A DNA stretch of 64,000 nt from Tubulanus polymorphus (taxonomy: Eukaryota; Animalia; Nemertea): NCBI RefSeq assembly GCF_964204645.1, contig NC_134029.1:14100850-14164849 (forward strand), given 5' to 3'. Positions 1 through 11,476 of the stretch are shown here, piece by piece; within the stretch, counting starts at the first letter, position 1, and each line of letters begins with the position of its first letter. A model generated the notes under the pieces. The model made no database searches. It saw nothing but the letters and a program-made list of their open reading frames with translations, and was not told the origin of the DNA. The position numbers were made by a program, and so were the translations under genes.

Positions 1-1401
1 TATGCATTAACATCTTTATTCAGTGACCTTTCACCTTGTCTGAGGTGAGGCGCATTAAGACAATCAAAGAACTAATTCATATTTCTAATAAATATGACCG
101 TTTTTGAAGTCTCATCTCCCGGAGTTAATTGCAGGGCATTTGCAACTGACGAGCTAAGAATTTGAGCAGCAAGTTTTACCCGCATTTTATAAAATGATGT
201 TAGATAGACATGCGCACGAGTCAACTTGGGTACAAGTTTAAAATGGTTTCTGGCTTCATAATTCTGAAGCTCAACAATCTGTTTCCATGAAATGTGTTTC
301 CCCCTTCGCCACATGTAACATGTATTGCTGTTTGCGCCAGAGCTATAAAAACAGTTTCTGACAGTTTTTAATGAGATGAGGGGCATCCAATATAAAGTAC
401 AAATCTCTAGCAGTAGCAAAAGGGTTTTTTGTTTTATACACAGCACTTTCAAAACCTTCGATTCGATGCATATTAAAAAGTCGTCTATTTGATGATGTCC
501 CGTCACATGTGAGGGAAGGACTTTCATACCGTACAGTTCTAAATACATAATTGTATCCCATACCAAAGGATAAAGAAATATCCGCTGTAATGCCATTGCA
601 AGGAAAACTTGCAATCAGGTATGAAATATTATTCGTAAGTCCCCTGACCATGAAAGTTAATATTTAATTTGCTAAGGGAGACTTTGATGTGCCTTCTGCC
701 ATATTGCGTTCATAGTTAATAATACAATTGGAAACATCATCCAAATTCGTATCCCCAATAAGCTCTCCAGATGCTTTATCATACACTAAATCAGCTTTTA
801 ATTTAACTTCATCATGCAGCAAACCTACGTAAGGAACATGTTCTTAATGTGAATTTTCATTTCCAGATTCCTTCAGCTATTCAACAAATGATTTGACTTG
901 AAAACCAGACTGTGGTTTAAATGAATACGTATAGTCAATCAACGTTTGCGAAGATGGTAAACTTATGAAACCGGAACGACGCATTGCTTCGTATGTACCA
1001 GGTGATTTTCCTCGAAGATATAAGCACCACTTTATTATTAGAGGGTGCCATCGGATTGATTTCTTGTTGGACGTCTGTGTGCACTTCAATTACTGGTCCC
1101 AGAATACTCTTGAAAATGTACCTTCAACAAATGCCGAGTTATTTGGATTAGTCATTTCTTCGTTGTGAAGTTCCATAATCGATCTAAAATCATCAGAACT
1201 TAATTGATCCAGTTTAGTTCCCTCTCTGAATTCCAATCTTTTAATTTTCAGTTGGAGTCTATCAATTTTGCACTTCATTATTCTTAGTTTACTATCTTTT
1301 TTGTTTGCCGATAAATTTGAGTATGTACAGTGTGACGTCAAGCCAATTTTTTGGGTAGTCACTATGCTGCAATTTTGACATTCTGGCACGTAACCTAACA
1401 T
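1..1401 (-). pseudogene. P-element/THAP9-like DDE transposase, frameshifted, runs off the window start
   Basis: Successive minus-strand ORF pieces carry P-transposase motifs: IRWHPLIIKWCLYLRGKSPGTYEAMRRSGFISLPSSQTL, LTCDGTSSNR, ILDAPHLIK, LTRAHVYLTSFYKMRVKLAAQILSSSVA. Stops and frameshifts separate the pieces. Confidence 0.8.
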
Positions 1402-1930
1402 GAAATTTGAGCTTGATTGTGCACCTTAATTGTTATTTCATATTCGTTAGTAATTTGAATCCAAATTGATACAACTGGACCACTATCCGTGTCAGTTAAT
1501 TTGACCAGCGTTAACCCAACATCATTTAAGGTATGCACTTACCATGAATCCAAAGCGATCTTTGATTCCGAAATTTCCTTCAGTATTTCATTTCTATTGG
1601 CATTTTGTATCTGTAAAAAAAATCAGTTCAAAATCAGTATGTAAAATACCGTGAAATCCGAAGATATATTTGTCAAAAAATCTGTTCTGATGTTAACTTA
1701 ATAAAGATTATATCTTACCATCGACGAATTGTCTTGTTTCATGGTTTAATGAACTTTCTGGTTCGATAATAACAGCTTCACATACCTGTTGATATGGCAA
1801 AAAAAGATTTCATTTACTGACAAGAAATAAACTACATGTATATATAGACTGATTTAAATGTTATGTGCTGAGGATATCCCAAGGTTAAAGATACAATGAC
1901 ATTTTCGTTAATTTCAAGGCTATTGGGATG

Positions 1931-2342
1931 AATTTCACTTTTCCCTGCAAAAGGAAAATCGAGTTGTTATTTCAATGAATAATTTTATTCTCCATCAAGA
2001 TAACAACCAAGATATAAAAAACCTTGGTACATTGTACATTTTGATAAAGTAAATTGTACATTTTCATTTTGACGTCAAAGGTGAAGATAAAAAAACTGTT
2101 ACCATATCTTGTACATTTCAACAGGTCACAAATCACAAATTTCACTTTTCCCTGTAAAAGGAAAATCGAGTTGTTATTTCAATGAATAATTTTATTCTCC
2201 ATCAAGATAACAGCCAAGATATAAAAAACCTTGGTACATTGTACATTTTGATAAAGTAAATTGTAAATTTTGATTTTGACTTCAAAGGTGAAGATTAAAA
2301 AAAACTGTTACCATATCTTGTACATTTCAACAGGTCACAAAT
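1931..2342. repeat. Tandem duplication of about 205 bp
   Basis: 1931-2133 and 2138-2342 are near-identical (aatttcacttttccctg...caacaggtcacaaat). Confidence 0.9.
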
Positions 2343-2441
2343 GGTAAAATTTCCAAATGGTGCTGAATATTAAGTTTCTTTTGTAGCTACAATATTGAAT
2401 TTATTTTTCATCATAGGTAATTAATATGTGTTTTTTCACAG

Positions 2442-2630
2442 AACTCAAGTGAATTTAAAGATGTTATGCGGCAGGTGGAGAGAGAGGAAGGATTGAAAGC
2501 AGGTCAGGAGGCTGAAATAATTCATTGCCTATTCTATAAGAAAGATGAGGCATGTAAGATGCTGAAGAACTGGGAAGTTCAGTTACATAGTTTGGGGTTA
2601 GATCGAGATAACTTAAGTCAAGGTCTAAAG
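2442..2630 (+). CDS. Candidate internal exon, possibly of the host coiled-coil gene
   Basis: Acceptor ttttttcacag, donor gtatgt, 189 nt open in phase 0/0 (NSSEFKDVMRQVEREEG...DRDNLSQGLK). Phase-compatible with the exon at 29105. Confidence 0.45.
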
Positions 2631-2739
2631 GTATGTGAAGTACCAGCAGATAATGCTTATCTTGAAATATATTTTTAACATAGTGTAGTTGCAATGAATA
2701 AGCTTACGAATTTTGCTTGCGTATTTTGAATTGTAATGA

Positions 2740-4803
2740 TTTTGCCCAGCTGAGGGTTCAGGGTTTTTCTTTCAACCGTTCAACTTTCTAAGATCATAGA
2801 ATAATTCTGTATCATCAGAATATAATATGAAACTTACAACCCTCTGGTCTCCCTCTTCCATCTTTCTACTAACAGCTGCAGAATAATCATTAGTTTAATA
2901 ATTGTATATACATCGCAGTTAGGCGGGTTTCAACCCAGTTTTGATGAATTTGTTTTGAAAATCTTTTCTCATTCCTCTAGTTGAGTACTTCGGTGCTTCA
3001 TTCAGACATACATTGGTTACCCTTATTGTTTCAGTTGTACTGTGATCATTTATTTCCTCCGGGCGTTTCCATATTGATACCATATTCCTGTAGTAATTTC
3101 CTCGTGTTAGAGTAATATCTCAATAGGCGCATTCAAAACAAGCTTATCAATCCATGTTCTGCGTTTTTATCTGTCATCAGGTTGAAAGTCCATCAAATTC
3201 AATGGTTCCTAATCTCCTTTCAATTTGATTGCACAATCTAATATATCATGGTCTGGTTGTACAGGGCCTGTGCCTATGAATTGATGTGAACTCGTATCAA
3301 AAAGAGACCTGACGGGAGACGATTTTCTTTTATTCTGTTCAGAACGTGATTGCTGTGATACTAAAAATGCATGATACCGCTTCATTGCCGAAGCTATTTG
3401 TGACGAGATGTTGTGAAACTTTGAAAATTGTGAATTCAATATCCAAGAATGACAGAGAGTATCAGCCACCTCGTTGAATTTCAGCTGTTGTAAGCTGAAA
3501 ATATAAAAACCAAAACGGGTTACCATGGTGAAAATAACTTGATGCAAAAATATCTACAGGCTAACTGCTAGACTTGGTTGAAATGAGCTATTATTTTCTT
3601 ATGTGGATATAACCTGTGAGGAAATGTTATTCAATTGAAATGACATACATCCAAACTGGAAAGTGCCATCATACAATTAAAGCAACTAGAGTATTCTTAA
3701 ACTGATACATCTTAATAGAGCACTAAAATGAAATTCTTTGTTTTATAGCTATCCTAAATGAATCGACGAATCTTACATAAAACTGAAGAAAATTTTTAAC
3801 CCGCAGTATTTTCCGGCGATTAAGCCGACTAGGCCAATAAGCGGAGGGCAGTTTGTTTTTTAGCCTAAATACATGGTTCACTCAATGCATCGCTAAGCAG
3901 AGGCCCTTCATCAGGAGATTTTAATCCACGGATTTTTCAATAAGTTTGTCTCAATCGACGATGTATGAGGCTGACAATTCCTGCCTGCCGATGTGTGAGA
4001 ATGCTGTGTATACTATCATCACCGAGTCACTGCTATATATAGACTCGCTCAGGTGATAGAGCCATATACTGTAACCTACATTTGCACACACACGGCTGAC
4101 AGCTAACGCGCATATATACAAATGTGCTGAAGCTGCGGTAATAGATTGCCGCTGACAGGTGATGAAAGAAACAAAGAAACAAAATAGTTCTAAATGGATT
4201 ATTGGTAGTAGATAATGACCTTAAATAAATATGGAACACTCTTATTGATTTTTATGATCTTCAAGAGCATTCGAGTGACATAGTTCGGGAAGTAACTATT
4301 TAGGTCAGATCGTATCCTTAGGTCAGATCGTATATGTCCAATAAGCCGATCATGATATTTTGGGGTGAAAATCTGAGGAAAATCAGCTTATTAGCCGGAA
4401 AATATGGTACCTTTGGTTTAGCTTTGTGATTCTTGACATAATTATTAAAGCCTCGAAACTGGTCGAATGGGGATGATGTATTAATACCTCTACCAAGAAA
4501 GGTGTCGTAGTGAGGGTCCCAAATACCAGAGTGCTGCTGCAATGGTAGAGAAAGCTAACATTCATTGCTTGCATTACTTCTAATAATTTATTTATTTGGC
4601 TGGTAAATTTTGTTTGATTTTTCGATTGAGTGTCCCTTACAGACCCACCACACCTGCCGGGAGCGAAACAGGGGGTTTGATTTTGAAATCGGAAATCGAA
4701 GTACAGATATAGATGTGTGATCGGCGGTCGAGTAAACAGAATATTTTAAAATCGAAGTACATAATTGGAAATTCGGTTCCGGTTCATCCAAACAATCTTC
4801 CAT
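2740..4803 (-). pseudogene. Decayed, intron-containing gene resembling the N-terminal part of an uncharacterised transposase-like family
   Basis: Minus-strand peptides FLGRGINTSSPFDQFRGFNNYVKNHKAKPK, PKYSTRGMRKDF and DDTELFYDLRKLNG, with stops and frameshifts. Recognised from memory of repeat-associated invertebrate proteins; no catalytic domain is visible. Confidence 0.35.
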
Positions 4804-5728
4804 TCAGTCTGAATCGGCAAGCGACTGATTGGGATGAATTTTTCTGGCTGCCTAATTTAATACAATGAGATTCTGGAAATAGCTATATTACAAGATCATT
4901 TTGTACATTTTTATATTTTTTTGGTCGTTTTCTACGTGTAAATAGTCCGATAGTTTAGTGTGGTTTTTTTCCTCGGGTAGATGTTGATGTAGAAGTCCTC
5001 TAAGTTGATGATCCCGCGTGTTGACTAGATAGGAAGAAAGCACATTTAGAAACGCAAATTTTCCAGATGAGAGTATGGCCCTGGGGTATCCGAAGTGTAG
5101 TTGTATGACATTGACGGTGCAGCTCCGATTAGGATGGGTTTCTCAGTCAAGGGGTGCGCAGTTGGTACTTCACATCTGGTGCTGAATTTGCCTAAAAGTA
5201 TAAGTTTTACACTGGGAGCAGTTATGTGTTTCTAATATACAGTGAGTTAGGTCCGTGAATGTATTGCAATCAAACGGACAGTGCTATGCGTATTGATAGA
5301 CCGTCAGTAAGAAAGCGGCACAGACACGTGAATATTGAATACATGTTTGTACACTTACATATATACAGTCTTGATCGGGTTTTATTTACATTGTCACGAT
5401 TAGATTTTTGGTAGCTTTTAATGAGACTGATGTCAAGAGGCAACTTTCCAGTCACCATTGCGCGTAGATAGACTGAGCTTGCTATCCTAAGGTCACAAAC
5501 GGAGGCAGCGTTCCAGCTATCGTGGCAATGAGACTGAGTTTACAGTCAAAACATCAGAAACAGTAAACTAATAAACTAATACGTATGTGATGATATAGAG
5601 CAAAAGTGGTCAGACAGTTCTATGCGTATTGATAGACCGTCATCCCTGTTCGATCTAAATCAGAACATACCTCAAGTGTCAAAGTCGGGATATGTAGGTG
5701 TAAGTAATAAAAAAGGCGTTGGGTTTAA

Positions 5729-7380
5729 TTAATAGACTACGCTAATGGTGTCGATTGTGATTCTGTTTACTGCATTCAGTCCGTTTGCATCCAGGTGTAT
5801 AAGTACATTGTTAAGAGTCCAAATATGAAGGTTTTGTTGAATCATGATTTCTTGGTTGAGGCGATCTATTAGCGAGTTTTTGAAATAAATTATAGTGTTG
5901 ATGCGGCCAGAGCCTTGTTCTAAATTGTAGTGATTTTTGTACAAAATGGATTGTGCAAGAAACAAAAGGTAGTTCGCGAGTGTGCGTTTGAAGAAATCTC
6001 TTTCTATTGTTTTAGTAATTCCTGTGTAGACGATGTCTTGAGTGATACTTATTGGTGTGTCTAGTATGCGTTGAATGATTGGTTGTATAGATGAATATAA
6101 TTGCTGTGCTTCTATGCATGAGAATTCTACATGGTCATTCGTTGCCGCGCGTCCACAAATTTTACAATTTGGATCAGTTTTTATTTTCCAAAGTACTAGT
6201 TTTGAAGCTGTTGCCAGAGTATTATGCAGTAATTTCCAATGAATATCACTAAATCGTCTATCAATATGTTTATTATAAACTTCATTCCAAATTTCCGGCC
6301 AGTTCAGATCAGCATTTAACATTTCAGTAATTTTGGTTTGCCCTATCGGTGTGATTTGATGGAGATTTTTTAATAATAGAATTCGATAAATTTGAGATGA
6401 TAAAAGTTTTCCTATAGTGCACACTATATTACCAAATTGTACATAGATTTTTGGTAATTCATCGGGATCTAAATTTTGGTCAGACAGAATTAGTTTCCAA
6501 TGTTACGGTATCGCATTGTATATACATGTGTGTTTAAATTTATTTGTTAATGGAATTTCGTTAAATGCTTTGTAGTTTCCACGATTATCGAATAGATGTC
6601 GTAGATTGATTATACCGTGATGTATGTATTCTGTGAAATTGGTTTTCTTGTTGAGCTTAATTTTTGGGTTGCCAAAAATAGGTTTTTGCAGAATTTCGGT
6701 AATGGTCTCAGTTGTAACTAGATTTTGTTGAAAAACTGTCCATGATTTTAATAAATGTCTGTAGTAGTCATTTGTAATGACTTTTTTGGGTATTTCATTG
6801 TGAATGATGTTTGAAATATTCCAGCCTGGGCCTAGATATTTTTGCAGATTGTAGTTGATAAGTGGTTTCCAGTGTGTTGGTTTTAGAGCGTGGTTTATTA
6901 TCATCTTAATTGCCTGTGTTTGTTGTCTGTATTTAATGTTGTGTAAGTCGAGACCTCCGTGTTCGATTTTTTTATGTATTATGTCTTTACTGACGAGGCG
7001 TTTTCCATTATCCCATAGGAAATTGATGATTTTTGGTTCAAAGATTTTGATATATTTATCTGGAATTGGAAAAATCTCGGAAGTGTACCATAATATAGGT
7101 AGTATAAAAGAGTTTATGACAACCTTTTTGCCATGTAAAGATAATTTAGTTTGGCGCCAAAGATTTATGATATTTTGAATTTTATTTATTTTCGGATTCC
7201 AGTTTAAATCATCAGTATTTTCATTGCCGAAATGAATTCCATAAATTTTCATTGATTTCTTCCAATTTAAGTCTAAAGGTTTATCGTTTCTAGCTTTCCA
7301 AGATCCTATCCACATACACTCAGTTTTATCTTTATTAATTTTTGCACCTGATGCTCTTTCAAACAGAGTTGAGGTTGTAA
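5729..7380 (-). mobile_element. 5'-truncated L1/Tx1-clade LINE, ORF2 C-terminal half (RT end, thumb, zf-RVT)
   Basis: LFERASGAKINKDKTECMWIGSW...LSLHGKKVVINSFILPILWY...GGLDL, then WKLLHNTLAT...CKICGRAATNDHVEFSC (CCHC zinc knuckle). Disrupted near 6430-6500. Confidence 0.85.
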
Positions 7381-9439
7381 GGACTTGTTGTTAGCAGTAC
7401 TCTCACTTCTGAAAAAAATTAAACCTACGTCTACTTGAAGAAAAGATTTCTGTCCGTCCAATAGAACGATAAATGTAATGGGTCAATGCAGGGTCAGTGG
7501 CCAGAGTTTGTGTGAGCTTCGACAGGAGGCAATCAAACCCTGGCAAGTGAGGATAGTAAGATTGCAAGGTGAATTTATCGAACAATGCCTCATTCTGGGT
7601 ACAGCAACCTTACAAGTATAGGGTACTCAATTCTGAATATTCTGTGCATTAATGAGTTATGCATGTATGGCCGCCATTTTTTTTCTCAAGCATAGGGGCC
7701 TACTCTGGTCAAGTGCAGTACCCAGAATTGAGTATACCCTGGATAAATGTGTCGAGTACTATACTTGGGTACTCAGAACTGAGTAAAATTAGATAAATTC
7801 GCCTGAGGAGTCAATTTCGAACATAAATAGAACAGGCCAGACATACTGGCTTTGCAATAAAATAAATTGCTATCAGCAAAATTTTGCTAAGCTGCTGTTA
7901 AGACAGCCAAAAGGAGTTTAATTTCTAAATGAAATTAATTGTCGTCATCCAATTTACTCTTATTAAAATTCAGAGAAAGATGAGAACGATTAATCTAATA
8001 GCATCTTGTACTGTGCTGAAGATTCCATGTTGATGCGCGGCGCAGTTTGCAATATTTACTGCGGAGCTTTGATGATAGCACAAAAGGCTCTTTTGCTTGC
8101 CAAGTGAAAGCATATTCGAACAAATCACGTATTTAAGCGTAATCCATTCTCGGAATCGTAGCGAGCAGAATTTTGAAATAGGGTCTCATAAAAATGTTTT
8201 CTGCATTTTTCACGAAAGTTAAATCGGGAAAATTTCAATTTTTATCAGCCAATCAGGAAGTTGTGTCTTCCCTGTGATTGGTTTATCTGAAAATATCAGC
8301 AGCTGTTCACGTATATTATCGCGATTTCATTACTGGCGCTTTTGCGCATGACGTCATGTATCAACACGCGACAATACTTCCGCGTTCGCTACGTGTTCGC
8401 TGATTGGCCCATTTACTGGGAAATTCCACAGAAGCCTAATGTGGTTTGTTACAAGCGCTGTGATTGGCCCGACCCGATTCTGGCATGGCTTTAGCTTAGT
8501 GGGTTCGAATCCCTTGACGGGTGAAGATGATGGATCCTATCAATATCTATTGAAACAAATAAGTTTCCCGGTTGGGCAGCCGCGGATATCTACAGTACCG
8601 GATGTGTTCCGGTTCGATATTTCGAGGTTTCTTTGAATTTTGGAGTGATATTGAAATCCGGTAAATACCAGCGGTAGATTGTGAAAACCCATTGCATGAT
8701 ATTTGTATTACTTAATCAACGAAAAGCGTCGGGGCCGCGCCAGGAGTTTTCGTGATTCAAGTAGCGCAATAGCCTACTTCTTCGAGTTCGTCCACCTCAA
8801 TTTTCACTCCGCCAATCTCTGACACGGCTCTGTCCCCGTCGGCGCTGTGATTGCACTTTCGTACCACCAAAATTTTTTATTTCTATATCAGGGAGGTCTG
8901 GAGAATAAAAAAGTCAAAATTTGGATATCACATAGGCCTGATTTCGTCGAATAAGTCGACCATGGTCGTTACGTTTCCGTACTTATTACCACCTAAAACC
9001 GTCTGAACAATTTTGTCACAACCAACATTTCGTTTACAGAAATCAGGTGTTCACGTGAATCCGTGGTATCGTCTACTGTTTTACTTACGGGTTTTATTTT
9101 AAGGTTTAAAATTGTATTTCAAGATCGATTTCTATGAAATCTTTAGTTGATTTGGTGTTTGGGAGGAATTTTTATTTGCTCTACAGAAAATTCATCCTTG
9201 ACAATTGCGCAAGGTTCGCGAAAAAAAGGTTTTACCAAATCGGGTGTATGACCTTGATATGCTAATTAGCCATGTGCCCGAATTGCAAATTCAATCAAAT
9301 TTTATTCTGCCAAAAAATGTTAAATACAATTCGCTTTCCGAGAGTTAATGGTATGCTGCATGGAACAAAGTTGTTTTGAGATGGGTCTTGAAGCTATTGA
9401 GGTCGAGAGATAACCATCTAGATAGTTCGTGAGAGTTCC

Positions 9440-10256
9440 AAAGTTTTGAAGACGCTTCAAGGTAATGTCTTGATATTTGTTTTATACGTGTATCTACCCT
9501 AGACACATCTTCAGGCCAAAAACTGGCCCTGTCAGATTCAAGATGGCCGACTGGCAGCCATTGTTGTTCGCCAAAATCAGCACTTTTTACACATTTTTGA
9601 AGTTTTCGAGGGAAATTTTGAAGACACTTTTATCAATAACCTTGATCATTCGTATATATTTGTATCCCCCGAGGGCCCATCGGCATGTGAAAAATTGAGT
9701 TGATCGGACTCAAGATGGCCGTACTGTGACCTTTTTTGTTCCCAAAAATGTCAATTTTGGCCTGAATTCTGAGTACTGTAGCTTTCTAATGGTGCGCCAT
9801 GTTTCATTGCAATTTGTAATGGGTATTCTTTGGAAAGGGATCTTTTATATCCGAGAGGGTATTTTTGACCAGGCAATTATGACGCACTTGGCGGCCATCT
9901 TGGGGTCATCAGTACTCATTCGTAGGTGGAAAAAAAGTTTTTCCACATCATAATTGATACTTAAGCATATTTTGCTACTATAATCAATTGGAAAGTTGTA
10001 GCTCATGACATGTTCTATGATCGAGGTGAGTTTCAAGCTCATTGGTTTTTTTTATGGCCACCAGGGGGCGTTGCACAATACAATAACTTAGTATTTCTAT
10101 ATTACATTCGTTCCTGCTGTCTGTGTTAACACACGATTTTACTCTGTAAATGATATTGAGCAGGGAGTGTATATTGATAAATATAACCCACAGATTACAT
10201 CATTTATAAAAAGCAAATCTGACAGGCTGGCCATTGTGCCCCTTGGGGCTCTTGTA
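9440..10256 (+). mobile_element. Non-autonomous Helentron/DINE-like element, homologous to 47717-54197
   Basis: 9440-9970 aligns by eye with 47810-48338, and 9965-10100 aligns with the units at 53610-54110. Ends in the short hairpin gccccttggggc followed by tcttgt. Confidence 0.6.
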
Positions 10257-11333
10257 ATTCCATATACACTGTATGTTATACGTAAACGAAGTCATTTAGC
10301 ATCAACGGTTTGTGCTGTACAGAGCTTGTCTTTTTGAGTCATTGGGGAAAACCCACTACCACTTTAATATTCATGATGAGTCATGCAGTTGCGTGTGATT
10401 ATTACGTGTGTATAAGGGGTGTACAATGCTGTGGTCGTTTCATTTGACAGATTTTCATAAAGTTTCTTTGGTTCAACTATTAAGGTTTCTTTCTTAAATA
10501 TTAATGCACCTGGACATGATGTGTTTCCATAACTCTTTATTCCTTTCTTTCCGAACAAACTTTCAACATAAAAAGTCATGGGAAAAGACCTTGGTGGCAG
10601 ATTCAGACGTCTCAGTACTGAGAAATTTTATAAAATTGCACTGAAATTCATATTTTTAAAACCTTGTTTTGTCTGCATTGGATACTTAACTTGCCCTTTT
10701 CAATGTCCATGGGTCCCTGGATCCGTTCCTAGATTTGCCCTTCTAGCTTATTTGAAATATGAAATTGATTGAAGGACAGGTCATTTATAATTTGTGAAGC
10801 TGCCGCGTCAAGCCCCATGGGGCTCTTGTTGTTGATTGAAGTCGAAGAAAAAAATTGGGCCTTCCTCTTATCAAGAGAGAAATTTAATTTCAAACATGCA
10901 TTATCATCCTTTAACTAGCATTCCTTTAAATCTTCAGGGAGGAAATTTTTCCGGATTTTTCAAGTCTGAGGTCATTTTTCTGGCAAAGCCTAAAAAAGAT
11001 GAGAAAATATGAGGGGGGGGGGTAGGAGGTTTATTCGAAAGTTTGTTGGTACCGGTGGCCGTAAAAGCGCTGCAGACCGGACCACATTTATTTCGAATGA
11101 AAATACAAACTCAACAGTCCGTGGACATTTGTACTTAGTTTTTGCACAGCAGTGTTCTAACCACGTGTTGAAAATGTTGAAATAATGAGACAGTTATGAA
11201 AATATTCTTTTTCCAAAATAGATTCTATGACAAAAATGCAGATGTTCAGAATTTGGAACCAACATGGGAATGGTTCATATCCGAAGTTATCACACTGTGT
11301 TGCAGATTGGAATAATTGATGTTAATCACATGT

Positions 11334-11407
11334 GAGTAATAGGGAATAAGTTGTTTCAGATCAGAGGTCGAGAGGTCGAATCTGAAACAACTTATTCCCT
11401 ATTACTC
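11334..11407. repeat. Perfect 28-bp inverted repeat with an 18-nt loop
   Basis: gagtaatagggaataagttgtttcagat - cagaggtcgagaggtcga - atctgaaacaacttattccctattactc. Confidence 0.95.
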
Positions 11408-11476
11408 TTAAAATATTCATATATATGAATATGAATAACCTCTAAAATCAATTTTAATAAAAAATTTGATATTAAA

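Noticed and set aside
1931-2342. The 205-bp direct repeat as an LTR pair or TRIM
   Set aside because: The copies are adjacent with no TG..CA ends, PBS or PPT; it is a simple tandem duplication.
8484-8520. tRNA gene (ggttcgaatccc B-box); also the tRNA-like segment at about 38095-38165
   Set aside because: No complete cloverleaf can be folded; at most these are degenerate SINE heads.
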